NCBI RefSeq assembly: GCF_947623445.1
Contig: NC_135244.1
Location: 13,142,860 to 13,206,859 of the forward strand
Direction of reading: 5' to 3'
Length of the DNA: 64,000 nucleotides
Source: Clavelina lepadiformis
Taxonomy: Eukaryota
Shown here in pieces: positions 12,201 to 24,100 of the stretch. Numbering within the stretch: position 1 is the stretch's first letter; each line of letters begins with the position of its first letter. The translations under genes were made by a program, and so were the position numbers. The notes below the pieces were generated by a model. That model saw only the letters and a program-made list of their open reading frames with translations. It did no database searches and was not told the DNA's origin.

Positions 12201-14046
12201 AAACTTTGACTTTTTGGCTTATAATGTTACGGGATTCATTGCATATTGTCTTTACAATATTGGGCTTTTTTGGATACCTGTTGTTAAAGTAAGTTATCGA
12301 ACACTTGACATGTTTTCTTCTGTACGGTTATTATGCATTTCTTCAAAAGTGTTTGCTCAATGGTTACCTTTTTTATTTTTCCCAAATGGACTTTACAGAA
12401 ACAATATTTAAAGCAGTTTCCAGAAGGTGTTAACCCAGTGCAGCCCAATGATGTGTTTTTTACAATCCATGCTGTAATTCTGACTGCAATTACTATTGTG
12501 CAATGTTTCATTTACCAAGTAAGTACTTTGCAAATAATAGTAAATGTGAAAAATTACTATAAAAAGATACATTTCTGCTTGGTAAACATACCATTTATTG
12601 TTCTCTGTTTATCTCCAGCATGGTGGTCAAAGAGTTTCTCGTTTTGCAATGGGACTGCTTTCTGCCACAGGACTTGCAGTATTTGTCCTGCTATTTGTTG
12701 CTGTTGGACAAAAAATTTCTTGGTTGGAATTTCTAATGATTTTGTCATATGTTAAACTTGGAGTCACTTTGATTAAATACATACCTCAGGTGGGTTACTG
12801 GGCGTTTTAAGCATTTTTGTCACAGTCTACAACTCTACATTATATTTTAAAGAATAGAATAGGATTCTTATTGCAGGACAAAGCAGCTCTCTCGTAGCTG
12901 CAGTTAGTTTTAAGTTTTAGCAGTTAGTTTTTACGCTTTTAACTTCATATGTCAAGGCTTTGATACTCATGTTCAAGTTATGAATTTTAGTCCATATGAC
13001 TGTCGCTTATCACAAACAACACATTACTAGTCAGTAGTACTACAGTATGCGTTGGTACTATTTAGGATACAAGAAAACATTAGTTTTTTAGATTTAAATG
13101 AGAATTTCACACCAAAATCCAACGTGGTCGTTGTGGAATTAAATTTTAAAGTATTGGTCTCTTTTATGTTATACAAAAATTGTTCTGTAGCTAATTATTT
13201 TATAATACAAAATTGTTTTTCTACTTTTTCATGAAACACAATGTCAGTTATCTTTTCACGTTGTATGGCAGCTGAAAACAGTTCAGCAAAGCTAAATACG
13301 AAGTTGAAATACAGCTTCGCACAAAAAATCACTGCACAAACTAAAATAACAAAATTTGGAAACCAACACTAATGCCGTTATTAAAATCAAGCTTTGATGT
13401 TAGTTACAAAATACAAAACAATACAATATGCAAAACATCACAGTGGCAAATAATTGAAAACATAGTTTTTTTGTTTCAGCTCTACATGAACTATAAGCGC
13501 AAAAGCACGGTTGGCTGGAGTATTGGCAATGTGCTGCTGGATTTTACCGGTGGAAGTTTAAGCATTTTACAAATGATCCTTCAGTCGTACAATAATGGTA
13601 CTGTCAAGCAAGTTTAGTTTAGTGCTTTAGTACTGTGAAAGCTCATTACCTCCACACTCTATAGATCAACTGCACTAACTTCAGCTTCAGATACTTTACA
13701 AACATTCAACTTGGGATATAACGAGTGAATTGAAATCTGTAGGCATATTTGTAGCCGCAAAAGAGTATCATGAACAACTTATGCAAAAATAGTTTTCACT
13801 AATTGAAAGTAATGTCAAAAAGCAATTAATAAATTATCTCAATGTACGATGTTTTTAAAGTTATGCTTACTTTTTCCTCTAGATGAGTGGGACTTGATCT
13901 TTGGAGATCCAACAAAGTTTGGTCTTGGTCTTTTCTCAGTTTTGTTTGATGTACTATTTATCATCCAGCATTATATTTTGTATCGACATAGCAGGAAGCA
14001 AGATTATGTAGGATTGCTATCTGAATCCAATGAAGCTGAGGAGTAA
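9196..14046 (+). CDS. CTNS: cystinosin (lysosomal cystine/H+ symporter, PQ-loop family) gene, 9 coding exons
   Basis: Spliced translation aligns end to end with human cystinosin, for example [152 protein letters not shown]. All junctions are GT-AG with consistent phase. CDS is 1173 nt (390 aa). Stop TAA at 14044-14046. AATAAA at 14186 and 14213. Confidence 0.85.
9398..9564 (+). CDS. CTNS: CTNS exon 2 (lumenal N-glycosylated domain)
   Basis: Acceptor AG 9396-97. In frame with ORF 9358..9579 ([23 protein letters not shown]...YPHQ). Donor GTACTT at 9565. N-x-T/S sites. Confidence 0.7.
10248..10573. mobile_element. hAT-type MITE (326 bp) with 8-bp TSD, inside CTNS intron 2
   Basis: TIRs CAGGGGCCGGGAAC... 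and ...GGTTTCCAACCTCTG (imperfect inverse). Perfect direct repeat CCCTATAC at 10240-47 and 10574-81. No coding capacity. Confidence 0.7.
11620..11714 (+). CDS. CTNS: CTNS exon 3 (lumenal domain)
   Basis: AG 11618-19. [31 protein letters not shown]. Donor GTAAGA at 11715. Phase 0 to 2. Confidence 0.65.
11939..12094 (+). CDS. CTNS: CTNS exon 4 (TM1 and first PQ-loop)
   Basis: AG 11937-38. [51 protein letters not shown]. Donor GTTTGT at 12095. Confidence 0.85.
12189..12288 (+). CDS. CTNS: CTNS exon 5
   Basis: AG 12187-88. [34 protein letters not shown]. Donor GTAAGT at 12289. Anchored on ORF 12124..12411. Confidence 0.85.
12399..12518 (+). CDS. CTNS: CTNS exon 6
   Basis: AG 12397-98. [40 protein letters not shown]. 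Donor GTAAGT at 12519. Confidence 0.85.
12619..12789 (+). CDS. CTNS: CTNS exon 7 (second PQ-loop)
   Basis: AG 12617-18. [57 protein letters not shown]. Donor GTGGGT at 12790. Confidence 0.85.
13480..13597 (+). CDS. CTNS: CTNS exon 8
   Basis: AG 13478-79. [39 protein letters not shown]. Donor GTACTG at 13598. Ends in phase 1. Confidence 0.85.
13883..14046 (+). CDS. CTNS: CTNS exon 9 (terminal)
   Basis: AG 13881-82. [54 protein letters not shown], then stop. YVGL fits a Y-x-x-hydrophobic sorting signal. Confidence 0.85.
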
Positions 14047-14185
14047 TAACCACTTTTCATGGTCACTTCGCCATTAGTCATATTTAGAAACTTTTTTGCA
14101 ACAGCTATTCATTATGGTTAATTTTGACTGGATTTGTTATGTTTTGTGCATCATTTCAGTTGTTTTGTTTGTATAACTGATTTTG

Positions 14186-14218
14186 AATAAAATTTAAAAC
14201 TGAGAAAAGTCAAATAAA
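14186..14218 (+). other. CTNS: candidate CTNS polyadenylation signals (AATAAA x2)
   Basis: AATAAA at 14186-91 and 14213-18, 140-170 nt after the stop. Confidence 0.3.
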
Positions 14219-15662
14219 TTCATAAGTATTCATTCTTCGCTTCCATGCTCGTTGGCGATTTACTGTATTATACAGTTAATGTTTTGAGATTCATTAACAA
14301 TTTTTTGTCATTTTCAATGTTTTGAGGAATATATCATTTGCATAAATATTGCTTTTTATAAACTGTTGATTTAAACGTAACGTATTACTGTAATGTTAAA
14401 AAGTGCAATTAAGCTTTTTTTTAAATATTTTATGTGTATTCATAATCATCTGTAACATTAAATATTGTCAGATAAACAAAAAGCACACTGTGCCTTTCTG
14501 GTGTGACAGTTCGCATTTCCGTATGCAGACTCACGTGTCAAACTGATTTTTGTTGGTTTAAGTTTTGGCTGTCACTATTTTTTTCTGGTCGCATTCTTGG
14601 GTTAGGATGAAATATGACTTTTTGATTTCAATTTGAAGTCATAAGTTTGACGTTGTATTGCAAGAGTTAGAGGTACTAAAGTGCCATGCAAAATTTTAGG
14701 GAGCCCCATGCAGGATTTTTCGATTACAGTAATTTCATTTTATAATAAAAGAAAGAAAGAAATCATGGGTTTTTAGGTCCTGCTATGCAAAATACCGAAA
14801 TAGTCACTTTCGCATAAGCGTACCATTTTTTCATCGCTTAAAAGGAAGACACGTTCCACCACTAAACGCTTGCACAGTTACTTTAGGATTGCGTTGATGG
14901 GATGAGACGAAGTTTTTCAAAAGCATGATCTAAACTTCCCTGGTTAACTACCCTCCCAAAGAGGCGCGTAGGGCAAAGAAATTGAGTTTTGCAATATATC
15001 CGCAATAATAATGTAAGAAACATCTGGGGCGTCATTATGCAACTTTTTCATAAATATGTGTATTACAAAGAGTTTCCAAAAATAATTGCAAAGTATTTGC
15101 GAACGAGGATATGGCAGATTGTTTTGGTATTACGCAACATTTTCGCAAAATGTTTGTAGACATGGAAGAGAGAAAGAAAAACTTAACTTTTTTTGGCACG
15201 CAAAATGGTGTACGAGACCACTGTTGACAATCAATGGATAATGATGTCATAAACCTATACCACAAAACAAAATTCGAATGGATGTTGTTCAACTTACTTG
15301 GTATGTCGAATATGATTAATTGCATTTTGGATAATCGCATGAAGAGCACAAATGCCAAACCATAGTCAATCATTTGTGAAGATAATACAAATGGTTTATT
15401 GCATAAGCCGCTTAATTCAAAGGTAACTTATTCATTATAACCAAAGAGATTTAAACACAGTGTTTAAATCTCTTTGTTATAACCGAATAATTATTGAAAA
15501 GTTTTTGAAAGGTAAAATTGAAAACAACATGCACTGGGAGCGCACACGCAATGCGAAAGCTTTGTTACGGAACAATAAAACAGACAATGCCCATTAAAAG
15601 CATTAACAGGTGGCGGTCATTACGCAGCCACTAACATTCGCAATGTTTTGGTTTCATTTAAA

Positions 15663-16150
15663 CCAAGGGTCGGCAACCTACGGCCCGCGGGCCGGATCCG
15701 GCCCGTCATGCGAAATCGTCCGGCCGGAGACATATTAATTAGATATCACAAGAATACGGCCCGCCCTTTCTTATTGAGTTTCAAACTGCAGTGTTAGCAC
15801 TGTTTGAAAAAATTGTGGTATTGTTACGCCATAAAACTGGTGCGAAGGCGGTAGACTAGTAGCCTATCTCGTACTAAGTACGAGATTGTCTGTAGAGTAG
15901 ACTAGACTAGTCGTTATAGATACAAATAGAGATGCACACGAGCTTTAACCTAAACTTTTTTATAATGCTGTGTTGTTGAAGTGTGAATACATATATTTTG
16001 CTCTTTTTGTGATTGGTATGATTGAGATTGCAACAATGTAGCGTAATATACTGAAGTGAGTTTGAATTATAGTACTGTATTAATGAAAATTCCGACCCGC
16101 CAAAGAGTTGTACACTCGACATTTGGCCCGTGATTAGCAAAAGGTTGCCG
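15663..16150. mobile_element. MITE-like element (about 490 bp), terminal motif (C)AGGGTCGGCAACC
   Basis: 5' end aaccaagggtcggcaacctacggcccgcgggccgg. 3' end ggcccgtgattagcaaaaggttgccg is a partial inverse. The 3' 190 bp (15961-16150) recur at 43061-43250 with an intact terminus ...aacgttgccgaaccctg. Confidence 0.45.
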
Positions 16151-16201
16151 TTAAACGTTACAGTACAATACTGTACACAGTTTGCAAAACACAGTGATTT
16201 C

Positions 16202-16381
16202 AAAATGACTGAAGCAGGAGCAAGCAAGGGGAAAGATTTATCGTTATCTGACAAAATTCTTGTCATTGGCGAACTTGACAAGAAAACATCTCATATCGCA
16301 TTTGCCAAAAAGTCACAACTATCACCAATTTTAAAGTCCAAAGAAAAACTTTTGACTGCACATCGTAAACCCATCGCGTAA
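16202..16381 (+). pseudogene. pogo/Tigger-type transposase N-terminal HTH (CENP-B/psq-like) fragment
   Basis: MTEAGASKGKDLSLSDKILVIGELDKKTSHIAFAKKSQLSPILKSKEKLLTAHRKPIA resembles the KRKxLTLxEKxxIIxxxExGxSxxxIAxxFGxxxSTxSxIxKNKEKI box of pogo-family transposases. Truncated by the LTR element at 16432. Confidence 0.35.
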
Positions 16382-16431
16382 AAGGGCAAGAAAGAGTACT
16401 CATGAAGATGTAGAAGATGTTTTTTTAAATG

Positions 16432-16825
16432 TGTGATGATATTATAAAATTGCTTGCAAATCGAATGCCGCATAGAATACTTGTTTACGGAAACCGCTTT
16501 CATGAAGCGTGACATAACAATTGTGCATGCCTATATTACGTGAGTTATTCATTCTTCTTGCTATTACGATCGACGCCGCAACATGTTCGTGTTTATGCTG
16601 TTGCTGTACCAATGTTCTATCTAAATGTATTCGTTGTAAGAAGCTTCAATATAATCAGAATATAAAGTTGTCGAGGTGAACAATTAATTCTAAGATTAAG
16701 AAAAGCGAAACAACGACCTTGAGGCTCATTTACATCGAGGACATTAAACATTTCTACGGACAAACATTGTAATTGAAGTGGTCGCCCTTACAGGTTAAGC
16801 AGCGATAAACAACCTTTTCATTACA
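16432..16825 (+). repeat. 5' LTR of TRIM-like element
   Basis: First about 320 bp are identical to the 3' LTR; last about 75 bp are only about 75% identical. Confidence 0.65.
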
Positions 16826-17597
16826 ACTGTTTATGGTGCCAACGAGTTCGGTGAGAACTACGCTTTTCTTTTATCGAAGAACCTATGAACAATTAAACTT
16901 GAGGTTGAGAAAAGTCTAGTGATCTCAGACTACAAGTTTCGAAGATATGTCTTATCTACAACCTATGCCACACTCATTGGATCCAGCCGACGGACATCTC
17001 GACAACATGATTTTCGGTCATATCAACCTCAATGACGGTGACGAAGAATCGCCTAGACTAGAACCACCTTTGGATGCAAAAATGACCGACAAACAAAGCA
17101 CGCTGAACCATCCACTAGACGTGGCAGGCCAGTGAAGAAACTTGATCGGTATTTGGACATTCAGTAATGATTTTTTGTTTATTCTATATATATATCGTAG
17201 CGTGTTGTTTATTTGCTGTATGTTTTTGGTCAAGCCTATAAAGCATAACTTGAGTCTTATGCCTAGGATATTGTCCATTTGTAACGCTGTCAATTTGTCG
17301 TGCCTCTCAAGGGTTTAAAAGTACCTGTGGTAGGAATCTCTGACAATGTGATATTACGTTTATAATAGCGTTATTGTACAGATTACGCTTAATTGATGGT
17401 GGCTTAATTGCCATACTCTCTAAACGGTTAAGTCATGCCGTAGAGAAATATTTCTTTGTGTTATTTTGTTATGCTTTAAACATAGCGGTTGTTTTCGGAA
17501 GGTTGAAAAATACCCGAGGCTAACGCCGATATACACTATGTTGATCATAAAATTGCTTTAAAATTGCATTTTTAAGCAATTTTCTGGGGGGAGGTTA

Positions 17598-17990
17598 TGT
17601 GATGATATTATAAAATTGCTTGCAAATCGAATGCCGCATAGAATACTTGTTTACGGAAACCGCTTTCATGAAGCGTGACATAACAATTGTGCATGCCTAT
17701 ATTACGTGAGTTATTCATTCTTCTTGCTATTACGATCGACGCCGCAACATGTTCGTGTTTATGCTGTTGCTGTACCAATGTTCTATCTAAATGTATTCGT
17801 TGTAAGAAGCTTCAATATAATCAGAATATAAAGTTGTCGAGGTGAACAATTAATTCTAAGATTAAGAAAAGCGAAACAACGACCTTGAGGCTCATTTACA
17901 TCGAGGACATTAAACAATTTAACAGACAAACATTGTAGTGATTTGGTCGCACTTACAGGTTAAGGTACTACAAACAACCATTTCATTACA
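17598..17990 (+). repeat. 3' LTR of TRIM-like element
   Basis: See the 5' LTR. Confidence 0.65.
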
Positions 17991-19063
17991 AATGGTTTAA
18001 GCAAGCTAAAGGTGGAGGTCTTGTGATCAGTGGCCCAATGTTATGTGAAAAAGCAAAAAACTTGGGAAAATAATTAATAGATGTAAATTATGATCTATCA
18101 ATGAGCAGGGTTATTCGTTGGTGAGATCGCAATTTAATCGTGAGCATGATGAGAAACAAGACCACGACATAATATAATTGAAATCGGTATACGGAGTAAA
18201 ACTAATTCAATATGAATAGTAAACCGTTGGTGTTAGTTCACCAGAAGAAAAATAATTTTTTATCACTTTTTTTATTTTTGTACTTTTGTTGTGGTCCCCC
18301 GCAATATGTACACAGATTTCCGCCACTACACATACATATGAAAATACATTTCGTTCAAGGCATTTTAAAGCGATATTTGAAGCGCAAAAACACTTGGCGC
18401 ATTTAGGGCGGGGTAGTCAAGCTCGAATTTTAAAACCAATTTTTAAATCTTTTTGGCTCCTGTCAACGCAACCCCAAATACGCATGCATGCTAACAATAC
18501 AGTTTTACTTGCTGACGTATCATACTATTCTCAGTAGTCATCGGTATTTTAATATTTTAAGTATAGGGTAATTGTGCAATTGTTTATCGAACAATAACAA
18601 TGGCTGGCTTATCTAATTAGACCTACGAAAAGGTGTTGGAGTGTATGAAGCTAAACTTGGCACGCATGCGCATAAATTATAATTTTACAAATTAAAGATT
18701 CCTCACCAATGCTGGGCCCCAGGTCACTCCACCATGAATCCAGGACTGTTTGGTCCCCATGCGGTTGTCATGTGGTCCCACTCGGTATAATTCACTACTC
18801 ATTCGGCATTTAGTGCAACCCCAAGTCCCCAATCGAGCCTGTACATTGTGTAAGCACTAGGAATTACCTTGCTTTATTCCTTACGGTGTATTGAGTGAAC
18901 TGGATAGGATAAAGAATTCATCATGGTATTTCTTTAAACGAAACAGACAGGAAAAAACAAGTTTTCATTCGCTTTATATTGTGCGCAGCTCTGTATGAAG
19001 ACTTTTCATTATAAACGTTCTCTGTGAACAGTTTTTGTATTTAAGTGGATTATGAGTAAATAA

Positions 19064-19108
19064 ATGAAATCTTTACCAACAGATGCTGATTCAAATAGTA
19101 AAACAAAG
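19064..19108 (+). CDS. ADD: candidate adducin 5' coding exon (MKSLPTDADSNSKTK)
   Basis: ATG at 19064 preceded by an in-frame TAA. Exon-like 45 nt followed by consensus donor GTAAGT at 19109. Phase 0, compatible with the next exon at 20984. No homology support. Confidence 0.25.
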
Positions 19109-20983
19109 GTAAGTAGCCTTGCTTTTGCATAATTTATATATTAGACGGTAACAGTACCTTATAAAAAAATGGCAACCAAAGAATGTTACTCTACCATTCC
19201 CGTTACTGCGTAGAATTAGGCCATACAGCTTTCTCATAGGCTAGTATTGCAGATTCAATATTGGAATGAAACGGGCATGTGATACTTTCTGCAGCCAAGT
19301 AAATTAAAATTTTTAACACCTAACTTGTCCCAGGAGCAAGTAAGCAAAAACCTTTTAAAGAGTTTTCCCTTTCAGTTAACCCATCGTTTGATAAGTAACA
19401 ATTGTGACATCTTAATACAATTGTGCCATTTGAATGCTAACGTGGTGTGAAAATGTTATTGGGAAAGATATAATCAATCAAGCAGACTTCCCTATAGTTC
19501 ACACCTTCTGCGTTCATTTTTCCCATTTATTTTGACAAGTGAAGACGCAAAAATGTACTCTGTCCCTGTGCGCTGAAAATCCGAGTTACGCCTCTGGTTT
19601 GACAACCACTGGCGATACAGTTGTAATCCTGTTAGGAAAAACATTAATGACATTTGCTCCTGTTCAGTGGCGGTGGTGAACTGTTACAATTTCGGGCAAT
19701 ACATCATCATAGGTGCTGACTTAAATGGTTACAGAGTGGCCACGCCACCCCATAACCACTGCTACATGGTGGCGACGGCGGTTGCTCAGAAGAATAAAAA
19801 TTATACTCTTTGCTACAGGACAACATAAAGTGTAGGTAAAGGCAGTGCACCAATTTTACCACAAACCTACCATTAGTTAACTGCTTTCCCGTGAGGATTA
19901 CGCAACACTACACTGCAAGTACTGCAAGTACAAGTGCAAGTACACATAATTTTTGGCCGGTGAGCAATGGATCACCCTCTTCGTTGAGGCCAGTCAGATG
20001 GTTGTGTCAATTGTGTTTTTTAGAACCACTTCGCAAAATTTGCACATAACATTGCTTTTTTGTACTGTTTTTGTGTTTTCGCTAAACATTTTATGAAGAA
20101 GGTTTTATGATTCAATCTTCAAGATTTACTACAAAGTAAACAAAAGCATTGACTGTCACATGTGAAAAAAAAATCCAAAATTAGGTTTCTAAAATCTTCT
20201 CTTAAGTTTCAAGCGTCAAAGCACACCAAACCGCCTGTAAAGAGATTATAGGTGAACCTGACCTGAAGTAACTCAAATCCAATATATACGATAAACAGTG
20301 CTCAGGTCATTATCTTCAATGCAACGAAATTTATAGGCGAGTTGTTGAAAATCTTTAACCATCGATTGAAATGTTTGCAAAAGAACTAAGGAAAGAAGAC
20401 AAAATGCAATGCACAACGGTAATGGAAAACTACGCACTTGTGACCCAAACAAGTAAAAGTGTATCTGACTTGTTCGACGTCATTGTGCAACATAACAATT
20501 TGAAACTAGGCCAAATTAATACATCATTAAAAGCAAAGTAAATATGTGCAATGCAAGAAGTCGCATTTTACCACATGGTAATCCAGTTAATTATAGTTCT
20601 ACACACGCCAGGGCAATGTATTTGACTTACCACCTACAATTAATTGATAGGTGGTGGTGGTAGGTACACATGCAAAAGTTATTTCTCTTTTTCGACTACT
20701 AACTTCGATCAACATTGTCAGCACTAATATCAACCACTTGCGATATAAAGCTGTTGTGTCTTTAGTTTCATAAGGTATTACCAAAGAAAAAAGATTATAT
20801 AATTAGTAAAATTAAATGCTTTTTGAGCATTTGTTTTTCCACAATTCTTTTAAATGTATTCACTATCACATAGAATGTTTTAGTAGCGCTAACAAACGTG
20901 AAATATGCATAAATTTAAATGATGTTCAAATAGTGGAAAACAATGTCTTTTTATAGTAATAGGTAGTACTACTGTACTTACAG

Positions 20984-21121
20984 ATGTGTAGTTTAAGAAA
21001 AAGTGAGAGTGACGTGGAAGTAGAACTTGGCTTACATCCAGCGAGGCGTCCTGTTAACATTGAAAAGGATGTGAGTTCTTTAGGACAATCAAAAAGAGTC
21101 TCAAGCATTCTAAGAAGCCCA
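20984..21121 (+). CDS. ADD: ADD exon (N-terminal; ATG at 20984 directly after an AG)
   Basis: [46 protein letters not shown], like human ...MMEQKKRVSMILQSP. Donor GTAAGT at 21122. Confidence 0.75.
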
Positions 21122-24100
21122 GTAAGTTGCATTGATCATCAAATATGTGGTATGATGCACCGTAAGTATAGCTACTTGCCTGAACATTGCGTGGAGATAC
21201 TAGTCTCTAACTTCAAAATCTGCTGTACATCCAGCTTCTCTAATTGAAATTGTTAAAGGCATGTAAAGCTTGTTACTGTACTGTTGGCTACATTTTGTTT
21301 GTTGAGTAGTCCAGTGGTTCTCAATCTTTTTCACCATCGGGCCGGTAACATGAAATTGTTTGTAATGAATGCAACAGATTATCAAAATCCTTTTTGTAAG
21401 ACGTTATTTTCATAAACATATATTTGAAATTACAAACAACAAAATGCCAATCAATGTGCAAAAAGAATTGAAAGTGATTTATCAAAGTTAGTGGAAAATC
21501 TGCGGTTTCACTGCTTTCGTATTTTAGTATGCTTCTATTGATAGCATGAAAATTGTCTAAACATTTTAATTACTATTATAGTATTTCAGGTGCATGTCGT
21601 CAATTTTCACACTTAAAATAAATCAAACATGGTAAAACATTCCTCCTTTGAACTGTGTTTAAAATTGTATGCCTAAGATCAATGTGGTACTAAAGTTTTT
21701 GTTGTTTTGGCTTTTTTTTACAAGTAAATTACTTTCCAAGTCCCAACACTGTGCTTCCAATCTCATTTATATAATATTAAAAAATGTGTTATAATGAATG
21801 TTGTGATTATGCATTTTCATAAGAGCAGCCACGGATAAGAAAGCATTGTTAATGAAAGCATGACTTCATTGAGTATCATAAAGCACTAATAACTTGCATT
21901 GGTTGTTTAAGTATATAGTGTCCAGCATTACGTTTTTATGTGAGTGATTTGTATGAAATGTCATCATAAAAACATGGTAGAGTTTTATTTTTTTCTCAAT
22001 GTTGCTTATGCTCTGTTTTCAGTTCTTTCTTCAAAAATGAAACCTATTATAAATCATTTCCCCTCAAACAATGTAGTTTTTGTTTAACTCAAAAGTAATT
22101 TTTGGCACTTCTATGATAATTGCCAAATATGTTTAGAAGTCTTTCTTACTCAAGGTGTCTCCATTGTCGTAATTATATGTAGGGCTACTCTTGTTGTACA
22201 AACTGCTTATTTCTTTGCTTAGTTTTACTTCACCCACAGAAGTGGCAAATTGCTTTAACCTGTGGTGGTTAAGGCAACATGGTTGTGCCATTTGTACATA
22301 CTGCTAATTGCCTAATTTTGTGTAGGCCTATAATATAAACGTGTGCCTCTTGTGAACCGATTAATTCAATTCGTTTTACTTCAGTTAAGTACAAATTTTA
22401 TCTATGTTTTTCGTTTCATTGGTAACGTTGATCTACATACAGCCCAAGTGGAGAAGTATACGGAACTTTGGCAGAAGTCAGAGAATCTCAGACTCATAAC
22501 GCGTTTTTCTAAGTTCGCTTTTTTCCTGTTGCCTGTTAAGTGTCTGTCTATCAGTTTGCTTCTCAGTGAGTTCCCTAAGCTTTTCCTGAGGATGCCTCGC
22601 AACAATGATATCCATCGTTTACCACAAACCTATTTAATGTACCTAAATGAATTAACCTAGTTCAATTGGTTTGATACATTTAAATGCCAACATAATATAA
22701 TAATGATACCTAGCTAAAGAAAAGTGCATTTTTTGGATAGGATTTAGGCCACGAGCCATCCCATTTTGATTTTCAAAAAAGTGATCCTAAGCCTTCAGGC
22801 TGCTGATTTTGTGAGATCACGTTGGAAAAGCACACCACTTTATCGCCAGTGTTTTCTTTCTAACCTTGTTATTTTTGTTGTGGGAAGATCTGAATGTAAT
22901 ACATGATCGTCTGTCATTACTATTACAGTTTGGTTAAGTGTATAACCATAATATCACAACAAAACTTTTCTGTTTTCACTTCTGCATTTTGTTTTGTAAA
23001 GGATTTTAAAGAAGAGCTTGAGACAGTGGTGACGGATTTACTGAGATCTGATAAAGCAGGAAATCATGTTTTTGCCAATGCAATCGCAAATGTGATTTCT
23101 CCATTTGGTCAAGCTGGATATGCAGGTAAATGCTAATGTATTTAAGTAGTACTGTAACATGACTCATAGATGTATGTATAAAACCTACAGTGGAATCAGA
23201 ATATGCGCTAGTCACCAAATTAGTTACACTAGCGTTAATATTGCATCAACATAGTTCATTAAAAAAAAAAAACGCTGAACTATAAACTATGCACGTGCAT
23301 TGAAAATTTACATTTAACAAAATGTGCTGGTGTAAAAAATGCATTTGATTCTCCACCACAGATCGTGGAAAGATTCCAGTCCGCTATCACCGCCACAATA
23401 GCACAGCTATACAGATATAGGTGGCTTCATTTCATTGTCATACATGACAGCAACCCACTCTGCCAATTTAGTGTCGGTAGTACCTAAAACTTGAAGTGTT
23501 GCACATTCATTTTTATACAAATCAATGATATTTTTCCGTATAACAATACTTTTTTCAAAAAAAATGCAATGAAGTTTTGTAACATTTGCTAATGGTGGTG
23601 ATACTTCAAGTGACTGAGATATAACTGTGACTTCTGTTTTTATCTGGGACTCTGCAATTGAGAGAAGTGTAATAGCTGATGAGCTAAGTGCAAAAGCTTA
23701 TTCAAAGGATTTCATATCATTGACAAATCTTCTACGAGTCTGAACTCAATTGTAAACAGTTCTCTTCACCGTTCCTCCATCTACAGCCCTTTACCATGCC
23801 CACCTTTCCATACTTTCCTACTTTTTTCAACTTTTCATACTTTCCAACTTTTTCCATAGCCTTACCTCTTGTAGAAGCAGAACCAAACATGCTTTCTGAT
23901 AAGGTTGCCTTTGCTAATTTTGCTTTGCATTTTCACGCTGTTTTCTTTTTTGTAATTTTTGTGTTTCTCTCCCTTTATCCTGCATGGTTTTAAGCTGTTT
24001 TGGTGTAAATCTTTCTTCCCTTTTTTCTGCCTTTTCTCTGTATTTCCTTATTTCCACCCTATATTTTTCTATGTTTGCAACTTTTGGCTTTTTTCTTGAT

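Larger units (their letters stand above)
16432..17990 (+). mobile_element. non-autonomous LTR retrotransposon (TRIM/LARD-like), 1559 bp, 4-bp TSD AATG
   Basis: Direct LTRs 16432..16825 and 17598..17990, both starting TGTGATGAT... and ending ...TTCATTACA. Polypurine tract GGGGGGAGG at 17586-94, just 5' of the 3' LTR. TGG-initiated PBS-like stretch TGGTGCCAACGAG 9 nt after the 5' LTR. AATG at 16428-31 and 17991-94. Internal 772 bp has no RT, only a 62-aa ORF. Confidence 0.65.

Noticed and set aside
12284-12511. Minus-strand ORFs antisense to CTNS, ADD and FANCI exons
   Set aside because: They overlap well-supported exons of homology-defined genes on the opposite strand. Examples include 12557..12748, 57744..57950, 58576..58767 and 55588..55803.
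15035-15373. 112-aa minus-strand ORF (MIDYGLAFVLFMRLSK...)
   Set aside because: No recognisable family, and no splice or homology support. Possibly a TE remnant, so left unannotated.
16835-16847. PBS of the TRIM-like element as a match to a specific tRNA
   Set aside because: TGGTGCCAACGAG starts with TGG as expected. Its complement does not resemble a canonical tRNA 3' end (no T-arm complement), so the primer tRNA cannot be assigned.
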